This document shows positions 36,935-49,475 of a stretch of 64,000 nucleotides of DNA, piece after piece (within the stretch, counting starts at the first letter, position 1; each line of letters opens with the position of its first letter). Source of the DNA: Chiloscyllium plagiosum (taxonomy: Eukaryota); contig NC_057720.1 of assembly GCF_004010195.1 (NCBI RefSeq), positions 21,301,882-21,365,881 on the forward strand, read 5' to 3'. The position numbers and the translations under genes were made by a program. The notes beneath the pieces are model-generated. The model did no database searches and was not told where the DNA came from. It saw nothing but the letters and a program-made list of their open reading frames with translations.

Positions 36935-38018
36935 CCAACAGTTTCTTTGCACTCATCTGTTCTCTGCCTACTCTTCCCTTTATTAGTGCTATCTTCATGA
37001 TTCTTACAGTCTCCAGTCTCCACCTCGTTGCCTACTTGTTTTCTCTTCTGGTTCCCAGTCCCCTGCCACATTAGTTTAAAACCTCCCCAACAGCAGTAGC
37101 AAAAACTCCCCCAAGGACATTGGTTCCGGTCTGGTTCAGATGTAGACCGTCCCTTTTGTAATAGTCCCACCTTCCCCAGAACCGATCCCAATGTCCAACA
37201 AATCTGTCCCCTTCCTCCTACACCATTTCTCAAGCCACGTGTTCATCCTGCCTATTTTTTCATTTCTATGCTGGCTAGCACGTGGCACTGGTAGTAACCC
37301 TGAGATCACTACCTTTGAGGTCCTCCCCTTTAACTTCTCTCCTAGATTCCCGAATTCTGCTTTCAGTTCCTCATCTCGTTTCCTACTTATATCGTTGGTG
37401 CCTATATGGATCAAGACAACTGGCTGTTCACCATCCCCTTTTAGGATGCTCTGCAGCCGATCAGTGACATCCCTGACTCGAGCACCTGGGAGGTAACATA
37501 CCATCCAGGAGTCCCATTTTCAGCCACAGAACCCCCTATCTACTCCCCTCACAGTAGAATCCTCTACAACTATGGCCCTACTGTCTTTTTCCCGAACTTC
37601 TGAACAGCAGTGCCCGGCATGGTGCCATGATCCTGACAACCGCTGCCCTCCCCTGGTAAGCCATCTCTCCCAACAGTATCCAAAACGATATACCTGTTTT
37701 GGAGGGAGATGAGCACAGGGGGCATCTGCACTGCCTTCCTACTCTTTTTCTATCTTTTGGTCACACATTCACACTGTTCCTCTCAGCAATCCTAACCTGC
37801 GGTGTGACCAGTTCACTAAACATGCTATCCATGACCTCCTCAGCATTGTGGATGCTCCACAATGAGTCCAACCGTAGCCCCAAGGCCGTCATGCGGTCAA
37901 ACAACAGTTGCAGCTGGACACACTTCTTGCAAGTGTAAGAGTCAGGAATGTCAGACACGTTCCTAAGCTCCCGCATCAAGCAAGAGTCACATGCCACGGG
38001 CCTGAGGTCCCCTGCCAT
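36935..38018 (-). pseudogene. CR1 ORF1: CxxC-x17-CxxC zinc-finger-like, coiled coil, SGNH esterase (disrupted)
   Basis: MAGDLRPVACDSC...YTCKKCVQLQLL; VCYLPGARVRDV...IHIGTND...VVISGLLPVP; split across several ORFs. Confidence 0.88.
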
Positions 38019-39528
38019 TGTAAGCTTAGCTTTATATGAACTAAATAAACCCAAACAATGTACTTAGATATATGAAAAAGAAAGATAAAGAAAGAACAAA
38101 AGCCTTACCTTACAGAGCCTTTTTCTTCCGGTTAGTGGAGGGGGGGGGGGGGCGTGAGGGAGATACTACGCGTGTAGTATCTCGGGTTTAGCCACTGCCC
38201 AAATATAAATTTAGCCCTTACCTTCCTGGCAGCCCTCGGTTCACTCCACCTTCTCTCCTCGCCCCTCTGACAAAATGAAGGCCCGACTCCTGGGTAAGTC
38301 CCTTTTTAAATGGGAAAACTTACCCTTCCCGGCAGCCCTCGCTTCACTCCACCTTCTCTCCTCGCTTCTCTGACAAAAAGAAGTTAAAGATTCCTTGGGG
38401 AAACGCTGACAAAGCTGCCTCCTGCATCCTCCACCACCTCAAGTGCTGATTCCTCGGTTGGTACATTACCTCGCACATCACTGCCACACCTCCACAGCAG
38501 GTTGAGAGAAGACATGCTTTAGGTCACTGCACTTGCAGGACTGCCAGAGACTAGGAACCTGCTCAGCCTCAGGCAGGAGAGGACCCCATGATGTCAGCAA
38601 TTAACAAATTCATCAGAATGCACAGGCAGACACAAGAGCAGTGAGCAGGTTTGTCGAAAATACAGGGCAAACTGACTCAAAGCTGACAGGGCTACACCAA
38701 TATTATTTACCTCATGCAGTCTCTGGTTGTCACCCTGGACAGTTGGTAGCTGCCTGGCTTCCTGGTCCAGCCCACTGGGTCGGCTGGAAAAATACATGGA
38801 CTTATACTCAAGCCATTGGTGTTCATTGGTTCCTTTCTCTCACAAGGAGATATGACAGTGTCAGTAGGCATCCAGCTAGAGGAGGAACCCCAGAAGTCTC
38901 CTCTCAGGACACACCAGAGGTTGCTGGACCTTCACACCCATCCTGCCTGTCATCCTCAACCCTATTGGAATTCAAGCGAAGGAGGGTGTACTGCATCTGG
39001 GCAGGACATGAGCAGCATTTCTGGGTTTTCTAGCCACTGGTGCCCCTGAGGTTGCCTGAACTATACATCAAAGCCAATGGCTTCACTGCTCCCTCCACTC
39101 CAGTTGCAGAGCCCCAGGCCTGTACTGAGACAAGGTGGGAAGAAGAGGAAGATGAAGACCTTCTGAGGGCGTCACTTCTTTGTAAATACATTATCACATT
39201 TACAAATATATGTTCACTTTTCATCATCAGCAGGGTGTGAGTGAGCTTCTATCTAGCAGCAACTACAAGACTGAAAGTTGAATTATCATTAGCGCTGTAC
39301 AAGGTTTTCTGGTCCACGTGAACGAAGCAGCTCCTGCATCATGTTAAGTCTATAGGAACTTGGAAGATATGTTACTTTGGTGACTGAGGTGAATCCTTCC
39401 AGGCTTTAATACATTACTTGGGGCCTGGATTTGTATTCCACACATGAGGGAGATACCTGAGATTCACACGGTAGTGCTTTCAGGTGTCTTTTACCTCTAC
39501 TGTAGGTATGCCTGTAATGCTATTTTAT

Positions 39529-39656
39529 ATTAGATTAGATTCCCTGTAGTGTGGAAACAGGCCCTTCGGTCCAATAAATCCACACTGACCTTCCAAAGAG
39601 TAACCCCACCCGGACCCATTTCCCTCTGACTAATGCACCTAACACTATGGGCAATT
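39529..39656 (-). mobile_element. HE1/V-SINE 3' fragment
   Basis: Reverse complement matches 16085-16216, including the ATCTAAT tail. Confidence 0.8.
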
Positions 39657-39928
39657 GACTCCACATACTCTCTTGCCCCCTCTTCTATAGGGCATAAGAT
39701 ACAAAATTTTGAAACTATGTGCTAACAGATTCAAGGACAACTTCTTCCCTGCTGCTATCAGACTTTTGAATGGATCTCTTGTATGTTAAAGTTGATCTTT
39801 CTCTCCACCTTCTCTGTAGTTGTGACACTATTCTGCATTACACCAATGTACTTATGATTTGCCTGGATGGCACATAAAATAATACTTTTCACTATACCTC
39901 AGTACATGTGACAATAATAAAATCAAAT
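39657..39928 (+). mobile_element. Rex1/Babar LINE 3' end
   Basis: RFKDNFFPAAIRLLNG-like C-terminus and tail TTTCACT..GTACATGTGACAATAA. Similar tails at 25920-26020, 51695-51875 and 58965-59045. Confidence 0.7.
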
Positions 39929-42079
39929 TTTATTATCAAAACATTCCTTATTAAAACACTTTTTCAATTGTTAACTTAAAAGCAGTTTTTAAAATTGAGC
40001 ATTTCCCAGATTCCCACAATAATTACTCTTTAACTAGCTCTTTCTGTCTGAGAAAGGATATTACTCACAGCGATCCGTGTGTTTGAACTGGGCGATTGGA
40101 ATCTCTTTCCTCTCCAATGTAGAGTTGCCTGTCTTGCAGGTCAGGGCGGGTCCTCTCCTGGAAGTTCTTACGTTGCCACATGGTCTTCCTTCATAAATAT
40201 TGCTGTGAATCTTCATTGAGCGATGGCTTCCAGCTGTATGTTTTTATGCCTCTCACCCTGGATCTTTCAAATGTTCGGCAGCCTTTGGTCAATGGTGTTA
40301 TGAGCGGGTTTCAAAGCATCCAATAGGGTCACACCGATATCCTTTACTGTTGCCATGCTGGGGAGGTGTAAAGTGCATGATCTCAGGTACAGGGTGGAAG
40401 TCAAGGTGCCAGAATGTCTGATTGATACTTCTCCAATATACAATCCTTGGGCTGATGTAACTGGATCCCCCGAACGTCTATGATCTATTTGATCTTGGTT
40501 TCCACTGTTTTCTAGCTGATAACAAATGGCTGCCATTTCATTTAGTTTGACCAGTTTTCTGTCAGGCTCAATTTTCCTGCTGTAGGTCCAGTTAGAATTT
40601 TGGGCCTGTGATCACTTAACCACAGCCTAGAGAGTAATGAGAATGTAGAACATGCTACCACAAAGAGTCATTGAGGTGAATCGTATGCATACGTTTAAAG
40701 GAACGCCAGACAAGAATACGAAGGAGCAGAAAATAGTGGGTCACATAGATAGATGAGGATGTAATTCAAGTGCAGCGTTAATGTGGAGATATTGTCTGTC
40801 TTCTGTATCGTAGATCCTCTGTAATCCGAATGTAATTAATTTGTGATCCTGCTATCTTCAATTTATGTAGTTAATCTGCTGGATAGAAATCAATACGATA
40901 TTCCAGGGAGAGAATTTGAAGATTCTCCAGGTCTCTGGTCTTTTTCTAACAAATGATCCAATTTATGATTCAATTGCTGCACGTCCAAAAGTAATCTTCT
41001 CGACAGCTCTTTGTGGAGCTAATTCTTTTAAGTTGCTCACCCCAAGAGCACCTCCTCACTTTTCTACTTTATTTTAAATAATTATCAAAAATGGCCTTTA
41101 GATTACCTCTGACAGGCTAAATGGCCATACCTATTAAACAAAAAAATGACAAGCCTCACCAGCATAATTCACACAAAGCCTCATCAGCATACGGTATAAT
41201 AATTATGCAGGATATTTTGAAGTTTAGGAGGATATGAGGCATTAAATGGCTCCCACTTCTGAATAAGCATTGAGATGGCCGGATCTGTTTAACGTTGCAT
41301 ATCACCCTGAACTCAGTGGAAGTATTATTTAAATATTTTAATATTCTGAAATAAGATATTTTTAAGCTGTTTGAATTCTCTTGTTGTGCGTCATTAGGCA
41401 GCATGTTAGTGGCACTGGCCTAGAGTTCAACGTTGTTTAATACCTTGAATTCTAATCTTATTCATGTCATTATCATTTATAATGTTTTTTTACAATATCA
41501 AATATATAGAAATGGGGGAAATTAACTAATGCGTAACCAAAGAATCATGCAATGTTATGGTCTACTCCTTTTAATTCAAAGTTGGTTCATTTGGATTGAA
41601 CTTGTGTGTACCTAATTTATGAAAAATGTTTAATTTAAACTATTGGCTAATAAATAAAATTTTAAAAACCCCGTTAAATTAGTGGATGTTGTCTGCTATT
41701 TTTCTCAGTAAACAATAAATAAACTTCTTTCAATACATAGTAATCATAATTGCTTTATTTGTTCATGATACCTTATTTATCATTGATACCTTTTCTGTAA
41801 TTGATAATTGCCACATAACGGATCAGTAATGAAATACGTTAAAACTAAAGCACATTCACGTGAGAGTAATTTTACATCTGTCAGAAGACTGTTTAGGAGA
41901 CATGAATGATTAATCCTTATTTCTTGAAGGAATCAGTTAGTGTTAAAACCAGTGTTTTATAAATTACACAGATAATTCAACCTTATAGTAGCCTTTTTAT
42001 AAGCTTAAATAATTTTTCAAATAGTTGAGATACTGAGTGTTTTACAGTTTGGAGTTTGACTGTCATTTAAATATTCTGA

Positions 42080-42455
42080 TGGCACTGCATCCACAAGTAT
42101 CCACTCTCCATCACCAATGCGCACTAGCAGCAATGTGTACTATCTACAAGATGCACTGCAGAAATTCACCAAAGATCCACGGACAGCACCTTCCAAACCA
42201 TACTTCACAAACTTTTCAAGGACACGGGCAGCAGATACGTGGGATCACATCCACCTGCAAATTCTCCTCCAAGCCACTCACCACCCTGACTTGGAAATAT
42301 ATTACATTTCCTTCTCTGTTTCTGGGTCAAAATTCTTGAATTCCCTCCCTGATGACATTGTGGGTCCACCTGCAGCGCATGGACTGCAGTGGTTCAAGAA
42401 GCCAGCTCACCACAATAAATACTGGTGAGCCAGCGATGCCCATGTCCCAAGATTG
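42080..42455 (+). mobile_element. 3' end of the 20860-22315 LINE family
   Basis: Matches 21920-22310. Confidence 0.85.
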
Positions 42456-42704
42456 AATTTTTAACAATTGGTACTGTTGAACTTTTTGTCAAGTGAATTC
42501 TTTCAACTTCACAAATGCAGTACTTGTTTTTAAATGCTCATTTAGATAAACTCTTTTATAAGGGCATTATTTTGCTACTGGGAATAATATTTGGTCATTT
42601 ATTTGTGAATGAATGGTTTTAGAATGCTTCGAGATAATCAGTTGCTTCTTTGCTATGAAAAATCATCCAAAGCTCGGATTGTACCATTTGTATAGCTATT
42701 CCCT

Positions 42705-43140
42705 ATTTTTTCATGGCATGGGAGCACCACTGGGAAAGCCAGCATTTGTTGCTGATCCCTGGTGAATCATCTTCTTGAACCCTTGCAGTTCTTGTGAAGG
42801 GTACAGGGCTGTTAGGGAGGGAGTTCCAGGATTTTGACCCAGTGACAGTGAAGAAATGACAATATAGTTCCAAAACAGAATGGTGTGTGACTTGGAGAAC
42901 TTGCAGATAGTGCTGTTCCACCCCTCTGTTGCCCTTACCTTTCACAGTGATATGGGTCACAGGTTTGGAAGATGCTGTTGTAGGAGTCCGATCAAGTGAA
43001 GAAGCAGAATTAGACCACAGCCCTTGAGTCTGCACCACCATTCAATGAAACCATGCTGATCTGATAATCCTCAACTCCATTTTCTTTCCTTTTCCCAACA
43101 ATTCTTGACAAAAATCAGTTGATTTCAGCCTTAAATACAT
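42705..43140 (-). mobile_element. LINE 3' fragments (20860-family, then a CR1 3' UTR piece)
   Basis: GGGAGGGAGTTCCAGGATTTTGACCCAGTGACAGTGAAG is antisense to 22140-22180. Confidence 0.75.
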
Positions 43141-44629
43141 TGAACAACACAACCTCTACAGCTCTCTGTGGTAATCAGTGAGAAAACACATAGACTAACT
43201 GCAACTAAATGTGATGGAGGATGATTGTACACTATCCAATGATCAAGATAAAGACATAAACCACCATTGACGGCAATGCTGTAACATACTTTGTGTGTAA
43301 CGTCTGTTAAATGATCTCAAACAGTAAGAATATTAGAACAATGAGAGTTTGGAGGAAAGTAAGATTTTCCTCAAAACCTTCATTAAACACGGGAACAAGA
43401 TTTAGTTTTAGAATCTCTGTGCAGAATGTGTAAGCTTCACTAAGTGGTGAACTGAGAAAATGGTTCAAAATGATAGAAAGCGTTTGTGAAGGATGTCTAC
43501 AATTACCTGTCAGAATGGAATGCCAAATTATAGCATTATGTAGACAGAACTCTACTAATAATCTTATAGATGGGATTGCATCCTTAGTTTAAGAAAGTAA
43601 CTAACTATCGAACAAGAATAGATTATTTCAGCCTTCTTTTTCTAACAGACAACATACAACTTTGAATGCAATTGATTCTGTAAAATGCATTCACTTTTTC
43701 CGATATAAAAAGCCATAATTAAAAGCCTGAAAAAGTTGAAATGGACCCAACAGAGATCATTGCATAAAACCTTCACTGCATCTTATTACTCAACCCTGAC
43801 TGACTCAAACCACATGGGTGATACTTTCAACTTTTATCTCTTGGTTAAAATGAGCAATACTGAATTTTTAACTAGTTTTACGCACTCCCCTTTCTCCATA
43901 ACTGTGTTCCTCTTCTTTTAGAAGAGACAAGTGGAGGCAGATTGCTTCCATTTGCTACATGCAGTGAATCCGTTAATGCATTCATAAGAATAGGTTTAGG
44001 TTTTGCTATGCCTAATGCGCAAAGGAATTCCTCACCCTCAATGCAAATAAGGAAACATTTCAGGATAGCTGCATAAACAGCTAATTTGATACTGACCCCT
44101 TGCAACTTTTATGGCTTCCAGTTCAACTGTTCAGGCTGCATGCTAAAGTAAATTAGACAGTGACTGACTGAAGAGAACAATTTTCTTAGTAATAGATTGA
44201 GATTGCCGAATAACTTGGTTGATTCTTCAGAGATCAGTCTGTTGTTTCAGCTTTTCTTCTGCACTGTTTTTGTCTGAATCACTAAAACTCTATTTCACCC
44301 ACTTGACAAACTTTTAGTTATGGTGCTGTGATTAACTTCTTTTTGACAATGCCCAGATAATAGCCCACTTAAATTCCGCCTGTGCAATCTAGTATTATTA
44401 ATCATAGCATGAAAACACTCCACTTGTGGAACGCTTCATGGGGGAAGAAAAGGCCATTGAGGCAATCCACATGCAGTACCAATTCTGGGTTCTGCTTCAT
44501 TGCCCAGTCTCACATCTGAACTTATTCAGCGTGCTTGTACAATGAAAGTTCTCAGGGCATTGTTGTTGGGAGTGAGATTGATTTTGGTCACGTGAAAACT
44601 AGTCCCATCACTCATCATGACCACCACTA

Positions 44630-44900
44630 CTTAGAGTCATAGAGTCATAGAGATGTACAGCACAGAAACAGACCCTTCGGTCCAACCCATCCATGCCAAC
44701 TGGATGTCCCAACCCAATCTAGTCCCACCTGCCAGCACTTGGCCCGTATCCTTCTAAACCCTTCTTATTCATATCCCCATCCAAATGCCTTTTAAATGTT
44801 GCAATTGTACCAGCCTCCACCACTTCCTCTGGCAGCTCATTCCGTACACTTACCACCCTCTGTGTGAAAAAGTTGCCCCTTAGGTCTCTTTTATATCTTG
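44630..44900 (-). mobile_element. CR1 3' end, same family as 16655-17015
   Basis: (AGAGTCAT)n tail; reverse complement of 16750-17010. Confidence 0.9.
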
Positions 44901-47862
44901 CTCATCAGGAAATTCTTGTTACACTTATTTCATTGGTTTACATACCTAAGTTGATTTTACGTTGCTTGGGAGGATTTTTAGTGACAAATTGTAGAAAGGG
45001 TGGAAAGTAAGGGCAGTGAGTGAAATTGATTACACTGGTGTCACAATTAATGGCTTACATATATTGTGCAAGTGCACATTTGGAAGTAAGTTAAATGGTA
45101 AACTACTTTCTTCTCAGTCAGAGCAGGATGCATGGAGTTGCACTGTGTGGCAGTAACCGTCTGCTGCATATACACCGTAAGATACACCAACTGCTGCAGA
45201 AAGATCATTACAGATTGTGCACCATTTACTGAGATGGTCAGACACATTGAGGGATCTTTACGTCAGCCAGTCAGTTGATTGCCCTCTAGTTTGCTCACAA
45301 TGAAATGAAAATGCTGGTCAGGTACTATACCAGACAGATTTTCCCTGAAGTCATCCGAGGTACAGAAAGAGATTGGACTGTACATCACCAGACAAGTAAA
45401 AAAGATATAAAAGATTTTTTAAAATGTTCATCTTTACTAACACTGTTGGAATAGTTAGGCTGCTCAGTGAAAACGAAGTAACTGAGGAAATAGGAAAGAT
45501 AGTAAGGTTTAGTTTTAACAGGATGATGTAAACAATGGCTTTTCACTACTGTATAGGGAATGCTGAGTTTTTAATGAGCAAATTCTGACCTCTCACACCA
45601 AATTATCTGGAAACTGCGATCTACTAATGATTGTGCAAAGCCTCCATATTAAATGAAATGGAAAGTGTCCAGAAAAAAGATCTTGAATGTTTTGTTTTTC
45701 TCAAAGAATACGCATTTATTTAATTTACACAATGGGAGACTTTGTCTGCTGACTGCTATTTTTTTAATTGCCAGAGTTTTATAGATTTGATGAACAATGA
45801 CTTTGTCATCCAAATTGCAATAGGGTCTTATTGCTTTTAGAACAAAAAAAAGTGGTGATACCACAATACATGCAAATCAAATGTGAAAAGTTATTGGCAA
45901 TATTTAAGCGTTACTCCAAGTTGAACATTAAAGGTGTCAATTAACTGTCACTGGGTCCCCAGATCATACTGTATATTCGCAGTGCACGTAAGAAGAAGTC
46001 TCTTTAGTTTTAGAAGCTACTCCCTACGGATTCAGAGAGTTGGCATGATATACTGAGGATGTGCTGCAAGTTGTAATGGTGTATGAAATCTGTTCTATTA
46101 GATGATAAATCAAAGCTGGAATACCAGCCAATCAGATTGCTGCAATGAGCTTATTATAACACATAAATGTGCAAACATTATCAAAACAGTTTGTCCTTCC
46201 TGTCACTGAATGTATGAAGAAGCTTCTCATTCTTTTTTAATAGGGAGAAATAATCGAAAAACATGCCCAGCACATAATACAAGGCTATAACACACTTGAA
46301 CACTCAAATGACGTAGCAAACTGGGAATATGAAGCTGAAATTGCTTTACACAGTCACTTGAATTCTCAGACTGTCTTACTGTTTTGATTGTATTCCCACA
46401 CCCAGGACTGTATGATGGTTTTTATCAAATGTGAAAATGGAGGGATGGCTGCAGATATGTAATAGACTACAGATGAACCCATCTATCTTATAATAAAGTG
46501 TGTGAAATACCCAAGTTATACCTGGCACCATGCCATGGTGCTTATGACTTTGAGAGGAATGATACATCCCGGAGGAAACATTGTAAGTTAGTTTGCTATC
46601 ATGTGTCAATTTTCTGCAGCATTCCTTCAATCTAATATAAACTAATTCTCACTTACAAACACACACACACTGATTATACCAGTCCAATGATGTCCTCAGC
46701 CCAGGTTTGCATCATACTTAACATTTCATTCTCTCCCCACACCCTTTATTTGTGCTTCACTGACATGCTGACTACCTTGCCCATATTTGATAATATTGCA
46801 CCCACTCCCATTTAAATAAGAGCTTCATTATTACATAGTTTTTGTATTATTTACATCATGACTATTTCACCTTCTACTATACTTGTCTTTCCCTCCATAA
46901 TGATACATGCATAGAATTAACCCATACCTAAGTTCTGCAACAGATACATAATCAGAGAGAGTTTTAAGTTTAGTCTCAAAATCATAAAGATAAACTAATG
47001 TTTAGGCACTTTTAGTCATCACGTTTGTGATGACAATACAGATGTTTAAAAGTGCACTGAGATTGTTTATCCCTTTGTCAGACTGAGACCCAACATTTGG
47101 ATTTAGTTCTGAACACTTTGTTAGACTTGCACATATCCCTAGACTTTTCACAGGTTTATATACTGGAAATTATTATCAACCAACCATCCGAAAAGCATTG
47201 CGTCCTCTCCTACCTGAGACCTGCATGAATACAGCATCTCTCTAAAATGCCAGGTTGAAGACTCATTAATGAGCAGTGCAGAGTCTAAACCAGGAAGTGT
47301 GAATTTGGATATTGAATTCAATATTGGGCACAGGAAGTGAAATAAAGGGTGTGTAAGAAAGGGCAGTTTAAGAGAGAGTCAAAAGGAATATTAAAAATAT
47401 ATAATTTTATTATTTTTGTTGGAAATGTCCAATGAAAAATCAAGCCAGAGCAAACGTGAATTCACACTTATAAAAGATCATTTTCAGTGTCAGCATTAGC
47501 AACGTATTAAATGAGTGCTGGGATTGGAAAGGTAAAGTCTTCACATTTTCTTTGGCATTTTGTCTGTATCGTTGGCACAAGAACATTACATTGTGCAATA
47601 AGTTCAAAGATGAGTCAGAAGGTGAGATGATGTTGAGAAGTTTTCAGGAGTATTTTGCAACTCGGACTCCAGGTGCATTTGTTGGAAGTTTCTTTCTGAT
47701 TTTCCCTTAAACAACAGCATTACCAAATTGCCTCACTAATACCTTTAAAGTAAAATCTGGCCCTTTATTTCAATGCTACTCTACACAAGAATAATTCCTC
47801 AGTTAAAAGGAATGTACTTATTGAAACAGAAATGATGATATCATTGCTATTAATAATAGCAG

Positions 47863-48470
47863 TATAGGTCATTTCGTCAATGTGATTTGGCTGTAACGCG
47901 ATTGGTGAATTGGGGAACTATTTTTTAAAACGCGAATTCCTGTTGGCTATTACACGATTCCATCCCTGGCACTAGGTGTTGTCGTGTACTGAGGACTGGA
48001 CTCACGTCGACATCACATGGTCAGTCAGCTCGCGTGCTTTGTGCTGAAGTGCTTCCTGACAGGTACGGTGCTGTACTCCGTCATTTTCAGTCCTGGCTTT
48101 TGCAAATTTCGCTGTGTTTTCCATGAATATGGAAGGATAGAGTTGCAAAGCGATGATGACCGTCAGCCCCTGGCTTAATACAGTACTGCAACTCCGCAAA
48201 CTCAGAAACCCCTTCAAGTTACTTTCCAGTTTTCCGGGGTAAAGTGTTACATTTATTGTATCATTTTCATTAAAATATATGTTTTTAACATTTACTTAGA
48301 CTGCGCTATCATTTGTTTCAGGCTACTACCTTTGTTTTGATGTTTACTGATATTTTTAGTGATCCGCCCCAACCCTGTTTTCCCAAATCCCCTTTATTTC
48401 ATTACATGATTTTCTATAATGCAAACTCGCGGAAGAACGCAATTACTGCGTTAGAGAAGGACAGGCTGTA
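47863..48470. mobile_element. Decayed Tigger/mariner-like non-autonomous DNA transposon
   Basis: CpG-rich block beginning TA-TAGGTC and ending CTG-TA, with subterminal TAACGCG/TAATGCA-like repeats. TIRs are imperfect. Confidence 0.4.
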
Positions 48471-48867
48471 TTGAAAATGATGGGAGGTTTCGGTAGATTT
48501 GATGGAGAAAAGAAGAATTAATCCAGCAAGTTAGTCAATAACTAGGCTTGGCGATTTAAATCATTGACCAAAAATGCAGAAAAAAGACTTGTCGACACAT
48601 TTTTATACAGACGTCTGTTTTAACTCATATAGTGGTTGGATCTCTAACTTTCTATCTGCACACAAAAATAAAACAAAGAACCATGGACCCTGGAGATCTT
48701 AAACAAAAACAGAAATTGCTGGTAAAACTCAACTGTTTTGGCAGCATATGTAGAAAGAGTTAATGTTTGGAGACAATCAGAATTGTCACCAGTTTCTGTT
48801 TTCGTACATGCACAGTTGGTGAAAGTCCATTGCCATGGTAATTTTACAAGTGGGCCAGGCAGGTATT

Positions 48868-49475
48868 TGAATTGAATTGAATTTATTGTCACGTGTACCG
48901 AGGCACAGTGAAAAGCTTTGTCTTGTGGACAATACAGGCAGATCCCAGAGTTAAGTAGCATAGGTAAGTAAATAGTAGGTAAACAACGGCAAAAATAAAA
49001 ACACAAGTACAAGATTTTGTGAATCCATTCAGTATTCTAACAACAGTCGGGTAGAAACTGTTTTGAAACCAGCTGATGCGTATGTTCAGGCTTCTGTACC
49101 TTCTCCCCGGTAGAAGAGGTTATAGAAAAGCATTGCCAGGTGGGATGGATCTTTGAGAATGCTGGCTGCCTTTCCTTGACAGCAGGCCAGATAGGTGGAT
49201 TCAATAGATGGGAGATTGGCCTTTATGATTGTCCGGATTACAGAGTTCAACACCCCCTGTAACTGTCTCCGACCTTGAATGGTACAGTTGCCATACCAGA
49301 TAGTGATACATCTAAATAGAATGCTCTCGATGGCACACCTATAAAAGTTGGCCGCCATGCCAAATTTCCTCAGCTGCCTGAGGAAGAAGAGACATTGTTG
49401 AGCCTTTGTAATCAGTGTGTCCACATGAAGAGTCCAAGAAAGCTTGTCGTGGATGACCACTCCCAGGAACTTGAG
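48868..49475 (-). mobile_element. Rex1/Babar LINE 3' part
   Basis: ORF 49086-49460 KAQQCLFFLRQLRKF...FYRCAIESIL..CITIWYGN, typical of the Rex1 C-terminal region; (ATTCA)n tail at 48868-48884. Confidence 0.85.

Larger units (their letters stand above)
34066..38383 (-). mobile_element. Near full-length CR1/L3 LINE family A (inactive)
   Basis: 5' UTR with 103-bp-period repeats, ORF1, ORF2 (APE and RT) and a 3' TTCTTTG-type tail. Stops, frameshifts and a small deletion near 35868. Confidence 0.95.

Noticed and set aside
9816..45877. Scattered octamer motifs ATGCAAAT/ATTTGCAT (e.g. 9816, 19789, 44041, 45870)
   Set aside because: A handful in 64 kb of AT-rich DNA is compatible with chance; no linked immunoglobulin or snRNA gene is seen.
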